From Rhabdothermincola salaria (lineage in GTDB: Bacteria; Actinomycetota; Acidimicrobiia; Acidimicrobiales; Acidimicrobilacustridaceae), in the NCBI RefSeq assembly GCF_021246445.1, contig NZ_JAJQXW010000001.1, positions 930,001 through 994,000 on the forward strand: 64,000 nt of DNA, written 5' to 3'. A model generated the notes under the pieces. It was not told the DNA's origin, did no database searches, and saw only the letters and a list, made by a program, of their open reading frames with translations. Below, in pieces: positions 1-9,093 of the stretch. The position numbers and the translations under genes are program-made. Numbering within the stretch: position 1 is the stretch's first letter; the number at the start of each line of letters is the position of its first letter.

Positions 1-1
1 C

Positions 2-784
2 CGGCGCCTCCACGTCATCATCGGTGACGCCAACCTCTCCGAGGTGGCCACGTTCTTGAAGGTCGGCACCACCGCCCTCGTGCTGGCCATGATCGAGGAC
101 GACGTCCTACCCCGGCAGTTCGTCTTCGCCACCCCCGTCCCGTCCCTGCGCGCGGTCAGCTACGACCTGGGCCTCTCCACGCCGCTGGCCCTCGCCGACG
201 GCACCACCGTGACCGCCCTCGAGGTGCAGTGGGAGCTCTACGCCCGGGCCCGCAAGTACGCCGACGACGGCGGGCTCGAGGCCGTGGGGGCCGACGTGGG
301 GGCCGAGGTCCTGCGGCGCTGGGAGGCCGTGCTCACCGGGCTCGAGTCCGACCCCATGGCCCTGGCCGGCCAGCTCGACTGGGTGGCCAAGTACCGCCTC
401 GTCGACGCCTATCGCCAGCGCCACGAGCTGGCCTGGGGCGACGCCCGGCTGGCGGCCCTCGACCTGCAGTACCACGACCTGCGCCCGGACCGCTCGCTCG
501 CCGCCCGCGTCGGGCTCGAGCGCCTGACCACCGATCAGGAGGTCGACGCGGCGATGACCGAGCCACCCACCGACACCCGGGCGTACTTCCGCGGGAAGTG
601 CCTGCAGAAGTACGCCGACGACGTGGTCGCGGCCAACTGGGACTCCATGGTGTTCGACATCGGCAGCGAGCCGCTGCGTCGGGTCCCGATGATGGAACCC
701 TCCCGCGGAACCGAGGCCCACGTGGGTAGCGTGATCCGAGACAGCGACACCTCCGCCGAGCTCCTCGAGCGGTTGGGTTCCTGA
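2..784 (+). CDS. dop: Pup deamidase/depupylase Dop (5' end outside window)
   Basis: Frame is open from the window edge: RRLHVIIGDANLSE, LDLQYHD, TRAYFRG, AANWDS; lies directly upstream of pup. Confidence 0.93.
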   Translation, partial: RRLHVIIGDANLSEVATFLKVGTTALVLAMIEDDVLPRQFVFATPVPSLRAVSYDLGLSTPLALADGTTVTALEVQWELYARARKYADDGGLEAVGADVGAEVLRRWEAVLTGLESDPMALAGQLDWVAKYRLVDAYRQRHELAWGDARLAALDLQYHDLRPDRSLAARVGLERLTTDQEVDAAMTEPPTDTRAYFRGKCLQKYADDVVAANWDSMVFDIGSEPLRRVPMMEPSRGTEAHVGSVIRDSDTSAELLERLGS

Positions 785-812
785 CCCCTCTCGAACGAAG
801 GACGACAACGCG

Positions 813-1007
813 ATGGCCGAGCGAGAGCAGATCCGCAAGACCACCACCGAGAAGGCCGACGTCGAGGTCGACGAGGCCCCTGTCAGCACCGAGAAGGGCG
901 AGAAGCTCAAGGCCGAGCTCGACGACCTGCTCGACGAGATCGACGAGGTCCTCGAGACCAACGCCGAGGACTTCGTGCGCAGCTTCGTCCAGAAGGGCGG
1001 GCAGTAG
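813..1007 (+). CDS. pup: Prokaryotic ubiquitin-like protein Pup
   Basis: 64 aa, DDLLDEIDEVLETNAEDFVRSFVQKGGQ, C-terminal GGQ; RBS GAAGGA upstream. Confidence 0.98.
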   Translation: MAEREQIRKTTTEKADVEVDEAPVSTEKGEKLKAELDDLLDEIDEVLETNAEDFVRSFVQKGGQ

Positions 1008-1045
1008 CCCGCCGGACACCCGGCCCGGCACTAGCCTCGGCGCTC

Positions 1046-1891
1046 GTGACCATGCCGTTCTTCTCACCCCCCGACGACCCCGGACCCGACTTCGCCGGGC
1101 TGTTGCGCCGGTCAGGCCTGGCTCCGGAGGCGCCCACCTCCGACGTCGCCGCCCGGATGCCCATCACCCACGCCACCACCGTGGTCGCCATCCGCTACGC
1201 CGACGGGGTGGTGATGGCCGGTGACCGACGGGCCACGTCCGGCAACCTCATCTCGCACCGAGCCATCGAGAAGGTCTTCCCCGCCGACCGCCACAGCGGG
1301 GTGGCCATCGCCGGTGCCGCCGGACCGGCGATGGAGATGGTCAAGCTCTTCCAGCTGCAGCTCGAGCACTACGAGAAGGTCGAGGGCAGCGCCCTCAGCC
1401 TCGAGGGCAAGGCCAACCAGCTCGGCCAGATGGTGCGGGGCAACCTCGGTGCGGCCCTGCAGGGTCTGGCCGTGGTGCCGCTCTTCGCCGGCTACGACGT
1501 GCTGCGGGGGACCGGCCGGCTCTTCCAGTACGACGTCACCGGCGGTCGCTACGAGGAGTCCAACTTCGCGTCCACCGGTTCGGGCAGCCTCCACGCCGGC
1601 ACGGTGGTCAAGATCGGCTTCCGGGAGGGCCTCGAGCGGGCCCAGGCGCTCGACCTGGCCGTCACCGCGCTGTTCCAGGCCGCGGACGACGATTCGGCCA
1701 CCGGTGGCCCCGACCTGGTGCGCGGCATCTATCCCACCGTCGCCACCATCACCGCCGCCGGGTTCGAGAAGGTGACCGAGGCCGAGATCGCCGAGCGCTT
1801 CGGTGACCTGATCGAGGTCCTCGCCGCCCGCGAGCCCGCCATCCCGGGCCGTCTCCCCGAGACGGGCACCGACACAGGGGACGACGTCTGA
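1046..1891 (+). CDS. prcB: 20S proteasome beta subunit
   Basis: Propeptide then TTVVAIRYADGVVMAGDRRAT, TGSGS, DSATGGPD. Confidence 0.96.
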   Translation: MTMPFFSPPDDPGPDFAGLLRRSGLAPEAPTSDVAARMPITHATTVVAIRYADGVVMAGDRRATSGNLISHRAIEKVFPADRHSGVAIAGAAGPAMEMVKLFQLQLEHYEKVEGSALSLEGKANQLGQMVRGNLGAALQGLAVVPLFAGYDVLRGTGRLFQYDVTGGRYEESNFASTGSGSLHAGTVVKIGFREGLERAQALDLAVTALFQAADDDSATGGPDLVRGIYPTVATITAAGFEKVTEAEIAERFGDLIEVLAAREPAIPGRLPETGTDTGDDV

Positions 1892-2619
1892 TGAGCATGC
1901 CCTTCTACGTCGCCCCCGAGCAGGTCATGAAGGACCGGGCCGACTACGCCCGCAAGGGCATCGCCCGGGGCCGCTCGTTGGCGGCCGTCGTCTACGCCGA
2001 CGGCATCCTGGTGGCGGCCGAGAACCCGTCCTCGACGCTGCGCAAGGTCAGCGAGATCTACGACCGCATCGCCTTCGCTGGTGTCGGCAAGTACAACGAG
2101 TTCGACCAGCTGCGCATCGCGGGGGTGCGGGCCGCGGACCTCAAGGGCTATGCCTACAGCCGCGAGGACGTCGACGCCCGCAGCCTGGCCAACAACTACG
2201 CCTCCATCCTCGGCCAGGTCTTCACCCACGAGATGAAGCCGATGGAGGTCGAGATCCTGGTGGCCGAGGTGAGCGCCGAGCCCGCCGGCGACCAGCTGTT
2301 CCACATCCTCTACGACGGCACGGTCATGGACGAGAACCGCTACACGGTGCTCGGCGGCGAAGCCGAGGCCATCGCCACCCGCCTGGGCGAGCTCTGGAGC
2401 GACGGTCTCGACCTCCAGGGCGCGGTGCGCGCCGCTGTGGCCGCGCTGGGCGGCCCCGACCGGGCGCTCGGACCCGACGAGCTCGAAGTGGCCCTCCTCG
2501 AGCGCACCACCCGGCGGCGGGCCTTCCGCCGCGTCGAGCGGCACGAGCTCCTCTCGTTGCTGCCCGCGGTCGAGGCGACCGCCGATCCGGCGGGGGCGCC
2601 GGCCGAGGGTGGCGACTGA
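1891..2619 (+). CDS. prcA: 20S proteasome alpha subunit
   Basis: MSMPFYVAPEQVMKDRADYARKGIARGRS, KVSEIYDRIAF. Confidence 0.97.
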   Translation: MSMPFYVAPEQVMKDRADYARKGIARGRSLAAVVYADGILVAAENPSSTLRKVSEIYDRIAFAGVGKYNEFDQLRIAGVRAADLKGYAYSREDVDARSLANNYASILGQVFTHEMKPMEVEILVAEVSAEPAGDQLFHILYDGTVMDENRYTVLGGEAEAIATRLGELWSDGLDLQGAVRAAVAALGGPDRALGPDELEVALLERTTRRRAFRRVERHELLSLLPAVEATADPAGAPAEGGD

Positions 2620-2649
2620 CCCTGCCCGTCGGTCGGTAGCGTGCCCTGC

Positions 2650-4008
2650 ATGGAGCGACGGATCTTCGGTCTCGAGAACGAGTACGGGGTCACCTGCACG
2701 CTCCGCGGCCAGCGGCGCCTCAGCCCCGACGAGGTGGCGCGCTACCTGTTCCGCCGGGTCGTCTCCTGGGGCCGCTCCTCCAACGTGTTCCTGGCCAACG
2801 GGGCGAGGCTGTACCTCGACGTGGGCTCGCACCCCGAGTACGCCACGCCGGAGTGCGACTCGATCCACGATCTGGTCGTGCACGACAAGGCGGGCGAGCG
2901 CATCCTCGAACAGCTCCTCACCAGCGCCGAGCAGCGCCTGGCCGAGGAGGGCATCAAGGGCGACATCTACCTGTTCAAGAACAACACCGACTCCGCCGGC
3001 AACTCCTATGGATGCCACGAGAACTACCTGACCTCCCGCCACGACGACTTCACCCACTACGCCGACGCGCTCATCCCGTTCCTGGTCAGCCGCCAGATCT
3101 ACGCCGGCGCCGGCAAGGTGCTGCAGACGGCCCGCGGCGCCATGTTCTGCATCTCCCAGCGAGCCGAGCACATCTGGGAGGGCGTCTCGTCGGCCACCAC
3201 CCGAAGCCGGCCGATCATCAACACCCGCGACGAGCCCCACGCCGACGCCGAGCGCTACCGACGCCTCCACGTGATCGTGGGCGACTCCAACATGAGCGAG
3301 TCGGCCACCTTCTTGAAGGTCGGAGCCACTGCCGTGCTGCTGCGCATGCTCGAGGAACCCAACGTCGTGCTGCGCGACATGACGCTCGAGAACCCCATCC
3401 GGGCCATCCGCGAGATCAGCCACGACATCACCTGCACCCGCAAGGTGCGCCTGGCCAACGGCCGGGAGGCCAGCGCGCTCGAGATCCAATCCGAGTACCT
3501 CGAGCGGGCCCTCAAGTACGCGGAGCGGCGCGATCTGTCACCGCTGGAGGTGCAGGCCCTCAACATGTGGGAGCACGCCCTCACCCAGATCGAGAAGGAC
3601 CCTCTCGGCCTGGACCGAGAGGCCGACTGGGTCGTGAAGTACAAGCTGGTCGAGGCCTACCGGGCCAAGAACGACCTGGCGCTGAGCCACCCTCGGGTCT
3701 CGCTGCTCGACCTGCAGTACCACGACGTGAGCCGCAGCCGGGGCGTGTTCTACAAGCTCCAGGATCGCGGCCTGGTCGATCGCATGTGCACCGATGCCGA
3801 GATCGACGAGGCCGTCGACACCCCGCCGCAGACCACCCGGGCCCGGCTGCGCGGCGAGTTCATCCGACGGGCCAAGGAGCGCAAGCGCGACTACACCGTC
3901 GACTGGGTGCACCTGAAGCTGAACGACCAAGCGCAGCGAACCGTCTTGTGCAAGGACCCCTTCAAGAGCCACGACGAGCGCGTCGAGAAGCTCATCGCCT
4001 CCCTCTGA
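2650..4008 (+). CDS. pafA: Pup-protein ligase PafA
   Basis: [42 protein letters not shown] 2650 follows a TAGCGT -10-like box. Confidence 0.97.
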   Translation: MERRIFGLENEYGVTCTLRGQRRLSPDEVARYLFRRVVSWGRSSNVFLANGARLYLDVGSHPEYATPECDSIHDLVVHDKAGERILEQLLTSAEQRLAEEGIKGDIYLFKNNTDSAGNSYGCHENYLTSRHDDFTHYADALIPFLVSRQIYAGAGKVLQTARGAMFCISQRAEHIWEGVSSATTRSRPIINTRDEPHADAERYRRLHVIVGDSNMSESATFLKVGATAVLLRMLEEPNVVLRDMTLENPIRAIREISHDITCTRKVRLANGREASALEIQSEYLERALKYAERRDLSPLEVQALNMWEHALTQIEKDPLGLDREADWVVKYKLVEAYRAKNDLALSHPRVSLLDLQYHDVSRSRGVFYKLQDRGLVDRMCTDAEIDEAVDTPPQTTRARLRGEFIRRAKERKRDYTVDWVHLKLNDQAQRTVLCKDPFKSHDERVEKLIASL

Positions 4009-4018
4009 GCTCACGACC

Positions 4019-4987
4019 ATGGCCACCAGCGACAAGCTCGAACGGATGATGAACCTGGCGGCGGCGCTGCTCGCCGCCGAGCGACCCGTCACCGCAGCCT
4101 GGATCGCCGAGCGGGTGGCCGGCTACCCCTCCGACAAGGTCGCGTTCCGCAAGGCGTTCGAGCGCGACAAGGCCGAGCTGCGCGACCTCGGTGTCCCCAT
4201 CACCGTCGAGGAGATCCCCGACTCGTACCCGCCCGACACCGGATACCGGATCGACCGGGCCGCGTACGAGCTCCCCGACCCCGGGCTGGCCCCCGACGAG
4301 CTCGCCGCGCTGCGTCTGGCGCTGCAAGCAGTCCGCCTCGGCGACGACGATGCCGGCTCCGACGGCACCGAGGCCCTCTGGAAGCTGGGTGGCGTCGTGC
4401 GCGACGACCACCACCCGCTCCCGCAGGCCACCGTGGCCTCGTTGCCCGCCGATCCGGCGCTGGTCCCGCTGTTCACCGCGGTCATGGAGCGGCGGACCGT
4501 CACCTTCACCTACGTCACCTCGCAGGGGGGGCAAGAGCGCGTCGTCGATCCCTGGCGCCTCGACAACCGTCGAGGTCGGTGGTACCTCACCGGCCACGAC
4601 CACCTCCGCGAGGGGGAGCGCAACTTCCGCCTCGACCGCATCGACGGCCCCGTCGAGCTCGGTGGCCCCGGAGCCTTCGAACGACCGGCCGCCCGGGTCG
4701 AGGGCGGACCCGGTCAGCCCTGGCTGTACGGCGACGGCGAGCCGGTCGTCGCCGAGCTCCTCGTCGACGCCGACCGGGCCCGGTGGGCCCGCCAGCAGCT
4801 GGGCGACGACGTCGATGCCACCGACCACCCCGATGGGTCGGTGACCTTCCGGGTCCCGGTCACGTCGTGGCCGGCGTTCCGGGGCTTCGTCCTGAGCTTC
4901 CTCGACCGCGCCGAGCTGGTCGGCCCGGACGCGTTGCGCCGCGACCTGGTCGCCTGGGTGGGCGCGCTCGCCGGTGAGGCGTCGTGA
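4019..4987 (+). CDS. pafB: HTH-WYL transcriptional regulator PafB
   Basis: FERDKAELRDLG HTH region, GRWYLTGHD WYL motif, FRLDRI; follows pafA. Confidence 0.9.
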   Translation: MATSDKLERMMNLAAALLAAERPVTAAWIAERVAGYPSDKVAFRKAFERDKAELRDLGVPITVEEIPDSYPPDTGYRIDRAAYELPDPGLAPDELAALRLALQAVRLGDDDAGSDGTEALWKLGGVVRDDHHPLPQATVASLPADPALVPLFTAVMERRTVTFTYVTSQGGQERVVDPWRLDNRRGRWYLTGHDHLREGERNFRLDRIDGPVELGGPGAFERPAARVEGGPGQPWLYGDGEPVVAELLVDADRARWARQQLGDDVDATDHPDGSVTFRVPVTSWPAFRGFVLSFLDRAELVGPDALRRDLVAWVGALAGEAS

Positions 4988-5943
4988 CCGCCCGGACCCC
5001 CCGCCTCACCGCCACCGAACGCCTCCGACGCATGCTGGCGATCGTCCCCTGGGTGGCGGCCCAGGACGACGGCGCCACCATCGACGAGATCTGTGCCCGC
5101 TTCGACCTCGACCGGGGCCAGCTGCAGGACTGCCTCGACACCGCGTTCATGGTGGGCCTGCACCCCTACACGCCCGATGCCCTGATCGACGTCATCCTCG
5201 ATGGCGACCGGGTCCGGCTGCGCCTCCCGGACTTCTTCACCCGCCCCCTCCGGCTCACCGCCGAGCAGGCGCTGGCCCTGCTGGCCGCCGGACGTTCCCT
5301 GCTCAACGTCCCCGGCGCCGACCGCGACGGGCCTCTGGCCCGAGGTCTCGAGAAGCTCTCGTCCACCATGGGCGGCGACGCCGGCGCCCTCGTCGACGTC
5401 GAGCTGGGGGAGGGCGCCGGGTCGGTGCTGCCCCGGTTGCAGGTGGCCGTCGGCGAGCACCGCCGGCTGGCCCTCGACTACTACAGCTACGGGCGCGACG
5501 AGCTCACCCACCGCGAGGTCGACCCCTGGCGCGTGCACGCCGAGCAGGGACGCTGGTACCTCGAGGGCTGGTGCCACCTCAGCGACGACGTCCGTGTCTT
5601 CCGGGTGGACCGCATCGCCGAGGCGACGGTGCTCGAGGAGACCTTCGAGCCACCCCCCGACCCCCGTCCCGTCGAGGTGTTCCGACCCGGTCCCGACGAT
5701 CCTCGCGTCACCCTCGACCTGGCCCCGGAGGCCCGTTGGGTGGCCGAGCAGTACCCGGTCGAGGAGATCGAGGAGCTGGCATCCGGGGGCCTGCGCGTCA
5801 CCCTGGCCGTCGTGGCCCGGCCGTGGCTCGAGCGCCTGTTGGTGCGCCTCGGGCCCGAGGCCACCGTGGTCGCCGCCCCGGAGGACCTCGGCGACGTCGC
5901 CGGCACCGCCGCCCGCCGGGTCCTCAGCCGGTACGGCGGGTAG
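4984..5943 (+). CDS. pafC: HTH-WYL transcriptional regulator PafC
   Basis: RPLRLTAEQA, GRWYLEGWC, FRVDRI; GTGA overlap with pafB. Confidence 0.9.
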   Translation: MTARTPRLTATERLRRMLAIVPWVAAQDDGATIDEICARFDLDRGQLQDCLDTAFMVGLHPYTPDALIDVILDGDRVRLRLPDFFTRPLRLTAEQALALLAAGRSLLNVPGADRDGPLARGLEKLSSTMGGDAGALVDVELGEGAGSVLPRLQVAVGEHRRLALDYYSYGRDELTHREVDPWRVHAEQGRWYLEGWCHLSDDVRVFRVDRIAEATVLEETFEPPPDPRPVEVFRPGPDDPRVTLDLAPEARWVAEQYPVEEIEELASGGLRVTLAVVARPWLERLLVRLGPEATVVAAPEDLGDVAGTAARRVLSRYGG

Positions 5944-6002
5944 GCTCACCGAGCCGTGCTCTTGTTCGTCCCCCCTCTCGCCGACGTCTCCGTGGTCCCG
6001 CG

Positions 6003-6647
6003 GTGACCGTGTCGCCGCCACCCGAACACCCGGTCGCGGGGGGCCCGCTGCCGCCACCGGCCGAAGCCCCTCGGCGTGGGCTCGCCAAGCTCCTCGGCCC
6101 GGTCGGCGCCAACATCGCCGAGTGGCTCGTGGTCATCGTGGGCGCCGTCGTGCTGGCCCTCGTGATCAAGGCCTTCGTGCTGCAGGCCTTCTTCATCCCG
6201 TCGTTGTCGATGGCCTCGACCCTCGAAGAGGGCGATCGGGTGCTGGTCAACAAGCTGTCCTACACGTTCGGCGACGTCTCCCGAGGCGACATCGTGGTGT
6301 TCGAACGACCTCCCACCGAGACGGCGGGCGAGATCCCGGATCTCATCAAGCGGGTCGTCGGTCTCCCCGGCGAGTCCATCGTCATCAAGGACGACACCGT
6401 CTTCGTCGACGGCCAGGCCCTCGACGAGTCGTACCTCGACCCCGGGGTCGTCACCAGCACGGCCACCACGCCGCTGAGCTGCAGCGACGCCGACCCCTGC
6501 CTCGTCCCGCCCGGCCACGTCTGGGTCATGGGCGACAACCGTCCGGACTCCAAGGACAGCCGGTTCTTCGGGCCCATCACCGAGTCCAGCATCGTGGGCG
6601 AGTCCTTCGTGAGGGTCTGGCCCCTCGGGCGCTTCTCCTTCTTCTGA
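6003..6647 (+). CDS. lepB: Signal peptidase I
   Basis: TM helix, FFIPSLSM (catalytic Ser), LIKRVVG (Lys), MGDNRPDSKDSR; start approximate. Confidence 0.93.
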   Translation: MTVSPPPEHPVAGGPLPPPAEAPRRGLAKLLGPVGANIAEWLVVIVGAVVLALVIKAFVLQAFFIPSLSMASTLEEGDRVLVNKLSYTFGDVSRGDIVVFERPPTETAGEIPDLIKRVVGLPGESIVIKDDTVFVDGQALDESYLDPGVVTSTATTPLSCSDADPCLVPPGHVWVMGDNRPDSKDSRFFGPITESSIVGESFVRVWPLGRFSFF

Positions 6648-6720
6648 TCCAGCCGTCGGCGGGCCGATCGGCCGGCAGCGACCAGGTCCGGTCGTCCGGC
6701 GCCGGCTCGGCCAGGTCGGA

Positions 6721-7428
6721 TCAGGCGCGCGCGTGGATCCTCGCCATCATGCGGTCGACGTGGTCGGAGAACACGCCGTCGATGCCGGTGTCGAGCAGGT
6801 TGTCGATGGTGCGGTCGAACTGCACGTCCCATCCGAGGGCCAGCATCTCGAAGCGGTGCACGAGGGCCACGAGACCCCCGGTCCAGTCGCTGTGGTGCAG
6901 GTTGACGGCGTCGAGGCCGGCCGCCGCCGCCCGGGCCACATGACGCTCGGCGCCTCCCTCCATCCGCTTGAGACGGGTCGAGTCGACCAGCTTGACACTG
7001 GGGGAGAGGGCCCTCCAGGTAGCCGCCAGCTCCCAATCGGGATGGCACAGCCAGAGGCGCTCCTCGGCGCCCACGTCACGGGCGCTGGCCACCAGCTCGG
7101 CCGCGACCGCCTCGTCCTTGACGTCGACGGAGAGCTCGAAGTCGGTGCCGCAGTCGGCGTAGAGCTCGGCCAACGTGACCAGGTGCCCGGGGAGCTCGTC
7201 GCGGCGGTGGGCGGCGATGGGCCGGCGGCGCATCCGCCCGCCCACGACCCCGTCGTGGTCGAGCACGGCCTGGCCGTCGGCGCTCGACCAGGCGTCGGTC
7301 TCCAGGCCCGTGGCCCCCAGCCGCAGCGCCAGGCGGAACGCCTCGAGGGTGTTGTCGGCGGCGTGGGCCCGGGCGCCGCGATGGGCGAAGCCGATCGGAG
7401 GGCGTCGAACCGAGGCGAATCGAGGCAC
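6721..7428 (-). CDS. Glycerophosphodiester phosphodiesterase family protein
   Basis: FAHRGA, DNTLEAF, ETD, HD, GIDGVFSD motifs; start approximate. Confidence 0.88.
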   Translation of the reverse strand: MPRFASVRRPPIGFAHRGARAHAADNTLEAFRLALRLGATGLETDAWSSADGQAVLDHDGVVGGRMRRRPIAAHRRDELPGHLVTLAELYADCGTDFELSVDVKDEAVAAELVASARDVGAEERLWLCHPDWELAATWRALSPSVKLVDSTRLKRMEGGAERHVARAAAAGLDAVNLHHSDWTGGLVALVHRFEMLALGWDVQFDRTIDNLLDTGIDGVFSDHVDRMMARIHARA

Positions 7429-7557
7429 CCCGCGAGCATGCCCGGCGGCACCCTGCTCCAGCCATTCGGCCCACGCGTCGCGCTCAAGCGAGCGCTCCTC
7501 GTGGCCGAGAACAACCATGGGTCCACAAGGGGCCGACACGACGAGGAGCACGACGAA

Positions 7558-7908
7558 ATGGCGACCATCCGAGCGACCTGCCCCACCTGTGGCGACGTGG
7601 AGCTCAGCACGGCCGACGTGCAGGTACGGGTCAGCGCCACCGAGCGCCGCAGCAGCTACGCCTTCGTCTGCCCACGCTGCGAGACGACCGTCGTCAAGCC
7701 CGCCGAACCGCGCACGATCGACCTGCTCCTGGCCTCCGGCGTCGCCTACGAGCTGTCGATGCCGACGGTCGAGGTGGCCGACCACGAGGCCGGCGGGGCG
7801 CCCATCACCTCGGCGGAGCTCCAGGGCTTCCAGAGCCTGCTCGGCGACGACGACGAGCTGTGGGCGGCGTTCGATGCCGCCGAGAGCCAGGATCGTCGCC
7901 GCCGCTGA
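7558..7908 (+). CDS. Small zinc-ribbon hypothetical protein (116 aa)
   Basis: CPTC and CPRC pairs, GAGGAG RBS, downstream hairpin. Confidence 0.75.
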   Translation: MATIRATCPTCGDVELSTADVQVRVSATERRSSYAFVCPRCETTVVKPAEPRTIDLLLASGVAYELSMPTVEVADHEAGGAPITSAELQGFQSLLGDDDELWAAFDAAESQDRRRR

Positions 7909-7959
7909 TCGTCGGGCCCGAAGGGGCCCTCGGAGGCGACGGCGCTAGGATTTGTCGCT

Positions 7960-8292
7960 GTGTTCAACGTCGGTGGTGGAGAGATCCTCGTCATCCTCCT
8001 CATCGCGCTCCTCTTCCTCGGCCCCGAACGGATGCCCGACGCCGCCAAGAAGCTGGGGCGCTTCCTCGGGGAGGCCCGTCGCATGACGGCCGGCTTCCAG
8101 GAGGAGGTCCGCAGCGCCATGGACCTGAGCGGCACCGATGACGCGGTGCAGCGTTCCGATGCCGGTCCCCGGCTCATCGGGCCACCCCCCGAGCCCACCG
8201 CCCCCCGCACACCGGAGGGTCCGGCCGACGACGGTGACGCGACCGAGGTCTCGCCCCCGGGCGACGGTCGCGACGACTCCAGTGCGGCCTGA
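7960..8292 (+). CDS. tatB: Twin-arginine translocase subunit, TatB-like
   Basis: MFNVGGGEILVILLIALLFLGPERMP followed by an amphipathic helix and an acidic tail. Confidence 0.8.
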   Translation: MFNVGGGEILVILLIALLFLGPERMPDAAKKLGRFLGEARRMTAGFQEEVRSAMDLSGTDDAVQRSDAGPRLIGPPPEPTAPRTPEGPADDGDATEVSPPGDGRDDSSAA

Positions 8293-8304
8293 CCCCCGGG
8301 GCCG

Positions 8305-9093
8305 GTGGTGAGCGCCAACCCCGACGCCGAGCCGCGCACGACCAGCGGCCACATGACGATCTGGGAGCACATCGCCGAGCTCCGCTCCCGCCTCATCAAG
8401 GTCATGATCGCCGTGGGACTGGGTGCGATCCTGGGGTGGATCCTGTTCCCCTGGGTGTTCGACATCCTGCAGACGCCGTTCCGCGACCTCGTCGAGAACC
8501 GGGGTGGCCGGATCGTGGCCAACGCCCCGCTCCAGGCCTTCAGCACCCGCCTCAAGGTCGCGGGCTACCTCGGCATCGTGTTCGCCATGCCGGTCATCCT
8601 CTGGCAGCTCTGGCGCTTCGTCACGCCGGGCCTGTACCCCCACGAGAAGAAGTACGCAATCCCGTTCACGGTGACGTCGCTGGTGCTCTTCGCGCTCGGG
8701 GCGTCGCTGGCCTACTACACCTTGAACCCGGCGCTCGAGTTCCTCATCGGGGTCGGCGGCGACGACATCGAGCCGTACTACACCGTCGACAGCTACATCA
8801 TGTTGATCGTCTGGATGATGATCGGCTTCGGCATCGGCTTCGAGGTCCCGGTGCTGCTCGTGGCCCTCCAGATGGTGGGCATCCTCACCCCCCGCAAGCT
8901 GCTGAGCTGGTGGCGCATCGCCATCGTGCTCAACGTCGTCGCCGCGGCGGTCATCACCCCCAGCGGCGATCCGATCACCATGATGGCGCTGGCGGTGCCG
9001 ATGACCGTCCTCTACCTCATGAGCATCGGTGTGGGCGCGCTGTTCCTCCGGTTGCGGCGCCGAAAGGCCGAGCGAGCCGGCACCGCGGCGTGA
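8305..9093 (+). CDS. tatC: Twin-arginine translocase TatC
   Basis: MTIWEHIAELRSRL, FVTPGLYPHEK, FEVP, ITPSGDP. Confidence 0.96.
   Translation: MVSANPDAEPRTTSGHMTIWEHIAELRSRLIKVMIAVGLGAILGWILFPWVFDILQTPFRDLVENRGGRIVANAPLQAFSTRLKVAGYLGIVFAMPVILWQLWRFVTPGLYPHEKKYAIPFTVTSLVLFALGASLAYYTLNPALEFLIGVGGDDIEPYYTVDSYIMLIVWMMIGFGIGFEVPVLLVALQMVGILTPRKLLSWWRIAIVLNVVAAAVITPSGDPITMMALAVPMTVLYLMSIGVGALFLRLRRRKAERAGTAA

Noticed and set aside
4019..5943. WYL genes as markers of a defence island
   Set aside because: They are the standard pafBC pair after pafA, and no defence genes are nearby
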